Assembly: GCA_021813905.1 (NCBI GenBank)
Contig: JAKAJH010000008.1
Location: 870-64,869, forward strand
Origin: Bacteroidota bacterium
GTDB taxonomy: Bacteria > Bacteroidota > Ignavibacteria > UBA10030
Reading direction: 5' to 3'
DNA: 64,000 nt
The notes under the pieces are model-generated. The model had not been told where the DNA came from and did not search any database. It worked only from the letters and a program-made list of their open reading frames with translations. Position numbers and translations under genes: made by a program. This document shows, in pieces, positions 39,301-47,512 of this stretch. Each line of letters begins with the position of its first letter. Position 1 is the stretch's first letter.

Positions 39301-40382
39301 CCGTTGTTGGTACTGAGAACATACACTGTGACGGTGTTGTCGTTGTTCATTCGGATGGCAACATCGCCGGAGCCGTTCGGGTTGGAAGTGGAGCCCAGCG
39401 ACGGTGACGCACCGACCAGGACAGCGCTGCTGAGTCCGTTCGTGACATCCACCGTACGGGCATTCTCGTTCCCTGCACCGTACGCGTACACCGAGAGATA
39501 CTTCTTTCCATTCACTTCAAAGTACCGGAGGGCGTTGCTGCCCGTGCCGATCAGCGACCCGGAAACAGAGTCGACCAGCGTGCCGTTCGCAAGGTAGCGC
39601 TTCACGTACGTGCCGTTGGAATTCACATAGAATTCCGAGCCATCGTTGTTCGGATAGACCGCCGGTGCACTGCTGTTCGGCGACCCGGTCAGGGTGATTT
39701 CGGCTGGGGTGAAGGTCTTGCCGCTGTCCGGCGAGGTGAATTTCACCACCTTGCTGCTACTTGCAGCGCCGGCCCAGATGGTGATAGAACCGTCCGCGGT
39801 CGAACCGGTCACCGTGAATTTGTCACCATACCGGAAGGCGGTTCCCGTGTACGTCAGTGCGAGCTGTGGGGTAGCAGACTCATTGGCCCATGAGTAGACC
39901 TTGAACGCCGAGGTGGTTGCATTGAGCGTCAGATTGCAGACGTAGATGACTCCGTCGGCGGAGACTTCCACATCATTGATGAAGAGAGTCCCCGACGCGA
40001 TCGCGGCAAGTCCCGTCGTGTCGAGCCGGCCCACGCTGTCGCCCGTGGCGGCATCCAGCACGAAGATCTGATTTCCGGACTTCCGATCGGCCAGGAGAAT
40101 GCGATCGTTGCCGCCAATCTTCCCGAAGGCGAATCCCCGCTCCGTGTTCGCTGTTCCCATGAACGCGGGAAGCGTTCCCGTCGCCGACGATCGCTGCCAG
40201 ACGGTCGTATACGGCTGCAGGGTCCGCGTGACGGTTCCCATACCGCGCTCCGTACTGGTGGTCCCCATGAACGCAGGATAATTCGCCTGCGCGGCGCTTC
40301 GTTCCCAGACACGCGTCTGCGACCACGCCATGCTCCCGCACAGCAGGAGCATCGTGACGAGTCTCAAGATACGCATAGCCAC
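36345..40382 (-). CDS. giant T9SS-secreted repeat protein with chitobiase/hexosaminidase C-terminal-type domain
   Basis: 1345 aa. Signal peptide MAMRILRLVTMLLLCGSMAWSQ. Three about 320-aa repeats each begin with ...AFMGT.NTERG.A.GK.GG.DR... and contain ATGDSVGRLDTTGLA...DGVIYVCNLT. A CHB_HEX_C-like segment sits between repeats 2 and 3 (KIYYTLSGADPDSTTGTLFADSLQISDTLTTVKAIAYAAG). C-terminal type-A CTD: NYPNPFNPATTIRFTL...VYFYRIEA...KKLMLLK. Confidence 0.85.
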   Translation of the reverse strand: MAMRILRLVTMLLLCGSMAWSQTRVWERSAAQANYPAFMGTTSTERGMGTVTRTLQPYTTVWQRSSATGTLPAFMGTANTERGFAFGKIGGNDRILLADRKSGNQIFVLDAATGDSVGRLDTTGLAAIASGTLFINDVEVSADGVIYVCNLTLNATTSAFKVYSWANESATPQLALTYTGTAFRYGDKFTVTGSTADGSITIWAGAASSSKVVKFTSPDSGKTFTPAEITLTGSPNSSAPAVYPNNDGSEFYVNSNGTYVKRYLANGTLVDSVSGSLIGTGSNALRYFEVNGKKYLSVYAYGAGNENARTVDVTNGLSSAVLVGASPSLGSTSNPNGSGDVAIRMNNDNTVTVYVLSTNNGIGAYTLNPVNYGPADRMYLVGRKSGNQVYVLNAATGDSVGRLDTTGLATIASGTLWVNDAEVSTDGVIYVCNLTTNASTSAFKIYQWKNESATPQLVVSYTGSTLRYGDKITVTGSTANSTVKIWAVAAGNTKLVQFATADSGKTFTPTEITFTGAPVSGSPAVCLNNDASEFFVNSNGTYVKRYLANGTLVDSISGSIVGTGSNALRYFELNAKKYLAVYTYGAGNEFARIVDITNGLGSAVSMGTTSPMGSVSNANGTGDVSLKANGDGTETIYVLGTNNGIGAYVFTPPSKVATPEFTPLAGTYNNPIWIKLSVSTLNAKIYYTLSGADPDSTTGTLFADSLQISDTLTTVKAIAYAAGMLPSDIASATYKIVIVPPAQPVYPVWAKTQAAGTFPSYFSTGNYERGMAYGKVGGKDRVYVVARTGGPRIVIFDALKGDSVGTIFPQASVTGGTFPLNFVDVSDDGIIFAGNMTLDASTSAFKLYRWNSETDTALTVINYTDAGLSGCRLGDIISVFGNASDNTLTIFVAASGKDKVVKFTTADHGMTFTPLILTIANGPMGSNPNVALAPDTKLYIKSYGKQVYHYTSAGALIDSVSSAVIGTDVTDIKYMTLAGKKYLVCYYPNDGTPYTDERFTLVDITDPLKPFEAYRSPSIGNVANLNGTGAVDYLPLANDNFLVFIMGTNNGVAAFANSASVAISGLDTLFYGTTKNLLKNPYGAGYIVGTNSYGDLGKYQRFDFTAGDKLSGFTFYFGYKQIVGSPDTVKLDVKPVMPNGAPGATIASTMITTDKIDTVNGNTFVLNAPVTLTGPAFIGFEFTTSGNDTIALYSDKNGEGNNANRVWEMFSDSTYNDFTNTTYSWQIDIDLWIAAYYTKGTTTAVEPTPDALPRQFSLDQNYPNPFNPATTIRFTLPMNAKVSLKVYNMLGQQVADLLENQLMPGTHAVTFNANALASGVYFYRIEATGADGTRFINVKKLMLLK
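37172..40211 (-). repeat. three diverged tandem copies of an about 0.95-kb unit inside the giant CDS
   Basis: Protein-level repeats at about aa 58-370, 370-680 and 760-1070. At DNA level there are stretches of about 75% identity and short near-identical blocks, e.g. gtaccgaagggcgttgctgcccgtgccga at about 38.67 kb versus gtaccggagggcgttgctgcccgtgccga at about 39.52 kb. Boundaries are approximate. Confidence 0.55.
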
Positions 40383-40485
40383 TCCTCCATGATAATGTGA
40401 CGATGGTGTGAGTTATGGATGATACTGGTGTCCGATGGTACGTGCATCAACTCTTCCGTGCGGTCAACGCACCGGGACCGCGTGC

Positions 40486-41907
40486 TCAGGTCCTCCAGAA
40501 CAGCCGGTTCCGCGTGAAGACGCTGGTGGCGATCGCCACGAGTGCGGTGAAGAACACTCCGCGCAAGAAGCCAAGCCATGGCGACGACGAGAGAACTCCG
40601 AGAAGAACCTGGATCGACGTCAGCGAGAGAATCGGCAGGACGAGATTGCTGCCCGCGATATACGCGATCATGGGATTCTGTCCGTTCTCGACCAGCAACC
40701 GCACGGACCGCGTCTTCCGGAACCGGTCTACCAGTACCGAGAAGCCCGTGAATGCGAATCCCGCCAGGCCTGCAGTGACGAAATAGTAGCTCAGCGTCGG
40801 ATGATCCTTCTTGATCCCTCCCTCGAACACTTCAAAACAGATCCCCAACAGGAGCCAGTAGCTTCCCCACTGCACCAGCGCACGATGGAGACGGGCCAGC
40901 GATGTCCCCGCCTCGGTGGTCAGCCAGAGGGCAAGCGCGCAAAGAATACCGTCCGCAATCGCGGTGGCAACCAGCGACCGCGTGAATAAACCCGCCAGAT
41001 TGACACCCACCGTCAATACTGTGACCCCCAGGACCGTGACAGATCGCCATCCATCTGCCGGCCGGACAGCCGGATCGTCCGTGGAACGCGTCCACCGGTA
41101 CACCAGATCACCGGCGATTGTCCCGGGGATCACGATGAACAGATACTGCAGATAGTAGAAGCTGTACATCCATGGCGCCGGCGTGAAATTCCAGATCCAC
41201 TGGTTCCAGCTGCCGTCCACGCCGTGCGTCAGCCGGAATGCAAGCAGGACCCCGAGTACTCCCAGACGGGGAAGGATCCCGTCGCGTGTGACCAGCCACA
41301 GGAGCGCGCCGAACACGGACATGTTTGCAAGGACGATGATGATGATGTCGCTGCGATACACGGAGAAGCCGGTCCCATCGGGAAACCGGATGAACAGCAT
41401 CAGCGCCGCCGCACCGACTAGTCCGCCTCCCCGCAGCAACAGACGCCAGATCGGCTTCCACGCCGCCGGCAGCCGGAGCAGGATCGGGAAAAGCAGCGCA
41501 AATCCCAGAAGACCGATCAGCCAATCCACCGCCGTCGGCTGCGTGGCAAACGCGAACGGCTTGATGTGCTGCAGATAGATCGCGAATCCCGTCAGCAGCA
41601 GTCCCCGCTCCAGGATCTGGAGGGCGATCCGCCACCGCGACACGCCGGCGTCGAGCTTCTTCGTCATCGCGAACGGGAAGGCCATGCCCATCGCGAAGAG
41701 GAAGAATGGAAACACCAGGTCCACCCACGTGATCCCCGGGAGGTTCGGGTTGAAGATGAAATTTGGCGGGCCGACCTGCGCGTGGTACATCCATGCCGGC
41801 AACGGATGTTCACCATGAATGTTCCCCGACAGGACCATCAGCAGGATCGCCAGGCCGCGCAATGCGTCGAGCGATTCCGATCTCGTGCCGGGGGAAGTCT
41901 TCGTCAT
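40486..41907 (-). CDS. HGSNAT/DUF5009-like polytopic membrane acyltransferase
   Basis: 473 aa with about 11 TM helices. N-terminal SLDALRGLAILLMVLSGNIHGEHPLPAWMYHAQV matches the heparan-alpha-glucosaminide N-acetyltransferase-like (DUF1624/DUF5009) family entry motif. Confidence 0.6.
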   Translation of the reverse strand: MTKTSPGTRSESLDALRGLAILLMVLSGNIHGEHPLPAWMYHAQVGPPNFIFNPNLPGITWVDLVFPFFLFAMGMAFPFAMTKKLDAGVSRWRIALQILERGLLLTGFAIYLQHIKPFAFATQPTAVDWLIGLLGFALLFPILLRLPAAWKPIWRLLLRGGGLVGAAALMLFIRFPDGTGFSVYRSDIIIIVLANMSVFGALLWLVTRDGILPRLGVLGVLLAFRLTHGVDGSWNQWIWNFTPAPWMYSFYYLQYLFIVIPGTIAGDLVYRWTRSTDDPAVRPADGWRSVTVLGVTVLTVGVNLAGLFTRSLVATAIADGILCALALWLTTEAGTSLARLHRALVQWGSYWLLLGICFEVFEGGIKKDHPTLSYYFVTAGLAGFAFTGFSVLVDRFRKTRSVRLLVENGQNPMIAYIAGSNLVLPILSLTSIQVLLGVLSSSPWLGFLRGVFFTALVAIATSVFTRNRLFWRT

Positions 41908-41914
41908 CGTGGGT

Positions 41915-43858
41915 TCACCGTACCAGAAGCATCTTCTTCGCGGAGACAGCGTTCCCCGCCTTCAGTTCATACACATAGGTTCCGGACGACACGGGTGCGC
42001 CATGCGCATTCTTTCCGTCCCAGGAGATGCGGTATTCGCCGGGCCGCATCGGTTCATCCACCAGCGTCGCCACTTCGCGACCCAGCATGTCGAATACCGT
42101 GAGCGTCACATGGACAGAGGAGGTTTCCTGCTCCGCCATGCCCGGACGTGCCTCCGTTGCGGAGATCCGGAATCGGATCGTGGTCGACGGGTTGAAGGGA
42201 TTCGGGTAATTGTCGAACAGCTGCATTCCCGTCGGGACGGCGGATCCCGACGCGCCGCCAGGAACACGGGTGATCACGGCTGTCGGGGAGAGCCGTCGAT
42301 TCAGCATCAGCATGGCCGCATCAGCCACGAGGTATTCGCCGGACGCAAGCTGCGAATTGTCAACCGTCAGCACGGCGAAGGTGCCGGGCGAGAGGTGCAC
42401 GGTCCCGATCTTCTCCCATCCCTTCCGCGTCAGATCGGTCTGGTCAACAACGACCACGGAGGAGTCCCCATCGCCGCGGAGGGTATACACTGCGTGCCGG
42501 GTCCAGATGGTGTTGGGGGTCATGTAAGCGTACACATCATAGAATCCGGACGCACTGATCGTGAAGTCATAGCGGATGCTGGCGGCATTGACCGTGTCGC
42601 TCGTCCGGTCGATCATCCCCTGGTAGCCCTTCATGGCGTAGCTCGTCCAGACTCCCGACACTTCGGCCGCGGCGTCGGTCTCGTTCACGATCTGTGCCGG
42701 TGCGATCCACCGGATGCCGTTCCGGTACGGCAACAGAGCCGGGGACTGGTAGAAGTTCCGCTTGAGATAGCTCCCGATTGCATCGCCGTTCGCCCGGAGT
42801 CCTTCATAGAAGAAGAAGCACTCCCCGTTCGCTCCTTTCGTCCGCGAGGCTGAGATCATCTGACCGAGGAACATCGTGTCCACCACATATGTCCCGACAC
42901 GTGCCAGAATGCCGGCCGTGAAGGCCAGCGGATCGTACTGGCCCACGTCGGTCCATGTCGTATTCAGGGCGTACGTGTAATCGCTGAGGTTGTACTGGTA
43001 GAGCTGGGGAATGATGTTATCGACGAGCTTCTGTTGAGCCCACGTTTTCGAATCCTGCAGCAGTTCGCGATATCCCCAATAGTATGGGGCCGGAGAGACC
43101 GACAGGATCAGGTTCGTGTCGCGCGCGGCGACCGAGTCGCGGAGACGGCTCAGGAATTGCGTCAGCTTGTCCGCCCGCCATCGCATCCACGCAGTGTCGT
43201 ACATGTCGGTCGGCGGGGCCTGGCCCGCATGCTCTGCCTTGTAGATCTGGACGGTGACCGAGTCATATCCGCCCTGTACCGGCATCGCCGGCAAACGGTC
43301 ATCTCCCTGCACGCCGTCCACGTTGTAGCGGTCGAGCACTTCGGTCATCAATGACAGGATGAAGTTCTGCGCATCCGGATTGATCGCGGACATCCAGTCG
43401 AAACCGTTGTCCACGACGAGATTGCCGTTCACATCATCAAGAGCCCAGGACGGATACTCTGCAATGATGTGTCCGCCGTTCAGACTGTATGAGGTCGAGA
43501 ATCCGAACTCGAACCACGGGATGACCTCGATGCCGTTCCGGTGCGCTTCGATCACCAGGCGGTCCAGGAAGTCACGGCCGACGAACGGCGAATTCGGCAA
43601 TACCGGCGCGCCGAAAAGATTCGTCATGATCGGGCTGGGATAGAGCGTGTACCCTTTGTTGTAGACGACCGGGAAGACCACGTTGACGCCGATGGAGGCG
43701 AGATAGTCCATCGCATCGGCGATGTTCTGATCGGTGAAGAGGACGTTGCTGTCGACATTCGTCAGCCACACCGCCCGAAGCTCGGACGGTTGCTGCGCCC
43801 GGGCGGGAACCGCAAGAGCAATTGCCAGCACGGCCGGCACGAATCGTTTCAGCGTCAC
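41915..43858 (-). CDS. GHL10-type (family-10-like glycosylhydrolase, DUF187) secreted protein with T9SS C-terminal domain
   Basis: Track ORF to 44317. I prefer the GTG start VTLKRFVPAVLAIALAVPARAQ, with GGAGAG upstream, which overlaps the stop of the upstream paralog as GTGA. Hydrolase core LRAVWLTNVDS...IEVIPWFEFGF...DGVQGDDR. C-terminal CTD DNYPNPFNPSTTIRFRI...KKMLLVR. Confidence 0.7.
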   Translation of the reverse strand: MTLKRFVPAVLAIALAVPARAQQPSELRAVWLTNVDSNVLFTDQNIADAMDYLASIGVNVVFPVVYNKGYTLYPSPIMTNLFGAPVLPNSPFVGRDFLDRLVIEAHRNGIEVIPWFEFGFSTSYSLNGGHIIAEYPSWALDDVNGNLVVDNGFDWMSAINPDAQNFILSLMTEVLDRYNVDGVQGDDRLPAMPVQGGYDSVTVQIYKAEHAGQAPPTDMYDTAWMRWRADKLTQFLSRLRDSVAARDTNLILSVSPAPYYWGYRELLQDSKTWAQQKLVDNIIPQLYQYNLSDYTYALNTTWTDVGQYDPLAFTAGILARVGTYVVDTMFLGQMISASRTKGANGECFFFYEGLRANGDAIGSYLKRNFYQSPALLPYRNGIRWIAPAQIVNETDAAAEVSGVWTSYAMKGYQGMIDRTSDTVNAASIRYDFTISASGFYDVYAYMTPNTIWTRHAVYTLRGDGDSSVVVVDQTDLTRKGWEKIGTVHLSPGTFAVLTVDNSQLASGEYLVADAAMLMLNRRLSPTAVITRVPGGASGSAVPTGMQLFDNYPNPFNPSTTIRFRISATEARPGMAEQETSSVHVTLTVFDMLGREVATLVDEPMRPGEYRISWDGKNAHGAPVSSGTYVYELKAGNAVSAKKMLLVR

Positions 43859-44994
43859 TGTCTCTCCTCGATGGCCGGGAATTCCGCCCGGTCGTGATAC
43901 CATTCGCGAAATACATCTGCGTGTGCGCGCAGTCCTTCGTAGAAGAACATCACTTCCCCCTGGATCCCGTGCGACCGGTTCTCCTGCAACATGCCGGTCA
44001 GGAATTCCCTGGACGGCGTGTACGAACCGAGCTTCAGAAGGACTCCGGGGAGGCACTTCGCCAGTTCTTCCTTCGTCAGCTGTCCGTCGACCATTTCCCG
44101 CAGTGTGGCCGCGTATTCTGTCAGCGAGTACCGGTAGACCTGCGGATGCACCATGTCGACCCAGCCGCGCTTGACCCAGGTCGGCCAGTCCTGCAGGTAT
44201 TCCTCCTTGCTCCACGGATACACGCTCGGCGACATGGAGATGATCAGCCTCGGGTTGAACGCTTTCACCGTGTCGTGGATCCTCTTCATGAAGGCATTGA
44301 GCAGGTCCGCGCGCCACTGCACCCAGTCAGGATCCTTTGCGTCGGTCGGCGGATTCGCACCGCAATGCTCAGCGCGGTAGAGACTCACGGTGTACGCATC
44401 GTATCCACTTTCGGACGGCATAGCGGGCAACCGGTCATCCCCCTGGATGCCGTCAACGTCGTAGTGCGTCACGACCTCCATGATCAGCGAGAGCATGAAG
44501 TCCTGCACATCCGGTAGGAATCCATTCATCCATTCAAATCCATTCTTCGTCACCAGGTCGCCGTGGATATCACGCGACGCCCACGCCGGCCTCGCCCGCA
44601 GGATCGGTCCGCCCTGCTGCTGGTAGGAGGCTGAGAAGCCGAACTCGAACCACGCGATGACCTGAATCTGCTTCCGGTGCGCCGCGCTGATCAGCTCGCG
44701 CAGCGGATCGCGTCCGGTGAACTGAGTGTCGATCGCGACTCCCGTCAGCCGCTCCATGATCGCACTCGGATACGTCGTCATGGATTTGTTCCAGGTGACG
44801 ACGAAGATCGTGTTGAATCCCAGCGAGTCGCACAAATCCACGGCCTGCTCGATCCCGGCACGCGAGTTCAGCACACGGCTGTCGACGTTGGTGAGCCACA
44901 CACCGCGGACGGCCCGAGGCTGTCCGGCGAACGCGATGGAGGCACACACGCCGACGGCAATGAGGATAATCAACGCACGCAAACGGATCACCAT
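43855..44994 (-). CDS. GHL10-type family-10-like glycosylhydrolase, secreted, no CTD
   Basis: Start moved to MVIRLRALIILIAVGVCASIAFAG, a signal peptide. Same core motifs as the neighbour (VRGVWLTNVDS, IQVIAWFEFGF, DGIQGDDR). Length 379 aa. Confidence 0.7.
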   Translation of the reverse strand: MVIRLRALIILIAVGVCASIAFAGQPRAVRGVWLTNVDSRVLNSRAGIEQAVDLCDSLGFNTIFVVTWNKSMTTYPSAIMERLTGVAIDTQFTGRDPLRELISAAHRKQIQVIAWFEFGFSASYQQQGGPILRARPAWASRDIHGDLVTKNGFEWMNGFLPDVQDFMLSLIMEVVTHYDVDGIQGDDRLPAMPSESGYDAYTVSLYRAEHCGANPPTDAKDPDWVQWRADLLNAFMKRIHDTVKAFNPRLIISMSPSVYPWSKEEYLQDWPTWVKRGWVDMVHPQVYRYSLTEYAATLREMVDGQLTKEELAKCLPGVLLKLGSYTPSREFLTGMLQENRSHGIQGEVMFFYEGLRAHADVFREWYHDRAEFPAIEERQ

Positions 44995-45013
44995 CGCTCC
45001 TTCCGTTTCAGGA

Positions 45014-45730
45014 TCACAATTCCACCTTGAGGCCGCCGCGAACGGTGACCATCTGGATGCCGGAGACGTTTTCCATATCGAATTCGAGGGCCGGCCAAAG
45101 CTCACCGATGATCAGCCGATAATCCGCTCCCAGCGTCACGGAGACCGGGCCGGTGATCGCGATGCCGAGATCGACGCCAAGATTGATGCTGCCGCTCCAG
45201 TCCGTTTGCTGGTTGTCCGGCACCGCAAGCGTCGCCGCATTAGTCCGGAGTCCCGTCACGGTACTGATGACGAACAGCGAGTCGTTGTAGGCGTCGCGGG
45301 AAAATTCCCAGTGGTAAAATCCGAATCCGAGATGGCTGTTCACTTCCAGGCGCGTCCAGCGGGCCACATTCGTGATTGCCTCCGCGGTGAAGCCGGAGGC
45401 CCGAAACCGCATCGTCAGCCCCGGGAGCGGCACCCGGTATTCCTGCGTCCCGCCGCCTTCCTGTAACTTGACCGTTTTGAACAAACGGTCTGTGTTCAGC
45501 GTCCGCAGTTCGAAGTACTCAAACTTGCCAACCCAGGCCCAGTCCGGGCTCGTGCGCTGTCCTGCGTAGATCATGACTCCCGCCGCCGGCTTGAACCGAA
45601 CGCTCAGGGAACCCACAGGCATCTCCGCCACACCGGCGATTCCCGCGACGAACGCGCCGGATTGCGCGCGAAGGGACGGCACTGCCGCCAGCACAGCCAG
45701 GATGAAGAACAGATACTTCTTCACGATCAT
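45014..45730 (-). CDS. outer-membrane beta-barrel-like hypothetical protein
   Basis: 238 aa. Signal peptide MIVKKYLFFILAVLAAVPSLRAQ and amphipathic beta-strand pattern. Confidence 0.5.
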   Translation of the reverse strand: MIVKKYLFFILAVLAAVPSLRAQSGAFVAGIAGVAEMPVGSLSVRFKPAAGVMIYAGQRTSPDWAWVGKFEYFELRTLNTDRLFKTVKLQEGGGTQEYRVPLPGLTMRFRASGFTAEAITNVARWTRLEVNSHLGFGFYHWEFSRDAYNDSLFVISTVTGLRTNAATLAVPDNQQTDWSGSINLGVDLGIAITGPVSVTLGADYRLIIGELWPALEFDMENVSGIQMVTVRGGLKVEL

Positions 45731-45734
45731 CGTC

Positions 45735-46445
45735 CTAGTAGTGGAAAATCAGACCGAGATTCAGAGCGACGGAACTGATCAGCGGAAATTCACCGTCCCC
45801 GCTCAGGACCGACACATACTCCCGGTACGTTGCTCCGGCGACGAGGCTCACACCCGTCGCCACATGGTACTCGGCCGATCCCCCGACGTCGATGAACGCC
45901 GACCTCCCATTCTTATCCGGTGCGAAGTTCCGGAGATTGTAGGTGAGCGTGTAGTCCGCCTGCGGGAACGCCTTCGTCCACGTTTCATCCGCGTAGAGCG
46001 TTCGGGTGAAGAACGCGACGCCGCCCCCGACTGCCGGGATCAGACGTACCGCATCGTTCACGGCAAACTCGTACTCGAGACAGAGAGACACGGGAAGCAA
46101 ATCCATACCCTGAACGGAATTAATTACCGACTTCAGATTGGGATCAGCCTTCATATCCGCCTGGATTTTGGGATAGTAGCGTTCATTCCAGAACCTCCAG
46201 TTCCAGCGATTCAGCTGATCGGGTTGATCAAGCGCAAAAAAAGCGTAGCCCCCTTTGACCCCGAGGAGCACATCGCCGAACAGATGGAAGCGTACTTCCG
46301 CCCCGCCCCCGATCGCACGGATGTTCCGTGCGCTCATTCTCGAGGAGAGACCGACCGTTCCATCGCCGGTCGTACTGATGGAACGCACTTGCGCTCCAGC
46401 GACAGAGATGAACAGCAGCAGGCAGCACACCAGCATTCGCGCCAT
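45735..46445 (-). CDS. outer-membrane beta-barrel hypothetical protein
   Basis: Start at internal MARMLVCCLLLFISVAGAQ. Alternating hydrophobic strands. The C-terminus ...LNLGLIFHY carries a terminal aromatic residue typical of OMPs. Confidence 0.5.
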   Translation of the reverse strand: MARMLVCCLLLFISVAGAQVRSISTTGDGTVGLSSRMSARNIRAIGGGAEVRFHLFGDVLLGVKGGYAFFALDQPDQLNRWNWRFWNERYYPKIQADMKADPNLKSVINSVQGMDLLPVSLCLEYEFAVNDAVRLIPAVGGGVAFFTRTLYADETWTKAFPQADYTLTYNLRNFAPDKNGRSAFIDVGGSAEYHVATGVSLVAGATYREYVSVLSGDGEFPLISSVALNLGLIFHY

Positions 46446-46501
46446 GATTCCTGTTCCTTGCGTGGACGGCGCCGACAGGCGATTTGCGGGCATTTCTTTC
46501 A

Positions 46502-47473
46502 TCATATGCCACACTGGACGGTCAAACGCGAGATTGTGCCGAGACGCCCGTAATCGGAAACTGCGATATCGAGACTCACCGGGACGGTCAGCCCGGGATT
46601 GATGCCAAGGCCGAGACTGTACGATTCCTCATCCGCAAAGAACTTGTACCCGCCGCGCAGGATGAGCACATTCCGCCACCCCACCTCGCCACCCACGTTG
46701 ATCTTTTCGGAAGCGTCGTTGGGGTGCAGTGCTTCTGCCATAAGCGTGATGGTGGTCTCCGCATCCTTCCCGCCGAGGACATCCATCGCCGCCCCCATCT
46801 TCAGTACCGACGGCATCTTGAACTGATCGTTGATGAACGTGGCGTTCACACCGAAGTTCTGAATGCTCGCAGCAATGCGAAGCGTCCCGAGCCCCGTGTA
46901 GTAGAGTACGCCGCCGTCGAACAGAACGTTGCTGGCGGAGTAGATATCGATCGTTTCCTTCACATATTTCACCGTCGTGCCGAACGCGAACCTGTCAGTC
47001 AACATGCGCGAGTATGTCAGTCCGACGGCCAGAGATCGCGCGTTGAACGAGCCGATGATGTCGTACACCTTCTGCCCGTCGCCGATCACCGTCCGCGGCA
47101 TCGTCCCGTAGTCGAACAGGATCGCTCCAAGGGCAATCACTCCCTCCCCCGGGTTGAATGCGTAGGAGAATCCGTAGTTCTTGATGTCGGCAAACCACGG
47201 AGCGTACGAAGCCGAGATCGAGTGCGTCATCGTGGTGAATCCCAGTCCCGCCGGATTGTCGAACACCGACGCCGAACCCTGGTCGGAGAGCGCCAGCGAG
47301 GATTCGCCAAGAGCAGCCACCCGCGCACTCACGGGGACCTCCAGGAATGTGAATCCCGCCGTGGCATTGCTTTTGAACATCTGCGCACCCAGCATCGCCG
47401 GCAGGAGGGTCAGCAGAACAGGCAGCAGGCCGAAACACCATCTCCGGGGCTGACGCGGCCGGGGCGCATTCAT
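46502..47473 (-). CDS. PorV/PorQ-like (FadL-like) outer-membrane beta-barrel protein, T9SS-associated (second copy)
   Basis: Signal peptide (MNAPRPRQPRRWCFGLLPVLLTLLPAMLGAQ or 8 aa longer). N-terminal signature FTFLEVPVSARVAALGESSLAL...SVFDNPAGLGF is related to 25679-26713. It lies immediately downstream of the FN3/CTD gene. Confidence 0.45.
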   Translation of the reverse strand: MNAPRPRQPRRWCFGLLPVLLTLLPAMLGAQMFKSNATAGFTFLEVPVSARVAALGESSLALSDQGSASVFDNPAGLGFTTMTHSISASYAPWFADIKNYGFSYAFNPGEGVIALGAILFDYGTMPRTVIGDGQKVYDIIGSFNARSLAVGLTYSRMLTDRFAFGTTVKYVKETIDIYSASNVLFDGGVLYYTGLGTLRIAASIQNFGVNATFINDQFKMPSVLKMGAAMDVLGGKDAETTITLMAEALHPNDASEKINVGGEVGWRNVLILRGGYKFFADEESYSLGLGINPGLTVPVSLDIAVSDYGRLGTISRLTVQCGI

Positions 47474-47512
47474 CGTCGAGGATCTCGCGACACGCATCTC
47501 AGGAATGCTCCG

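Noticed and set aside
43903-44317. Upstream extension of the GHL10-CTD gene (track start 44317 or ATG at 43903).
   Set aside because: It would overlap the preceding paralog by 48-460 nt and put 15 to more than 150 non-signal residues before the obvious signal peptide. A GTG with an RBS and a GTGA overlap gives a clean signal-peptide N-terminus.
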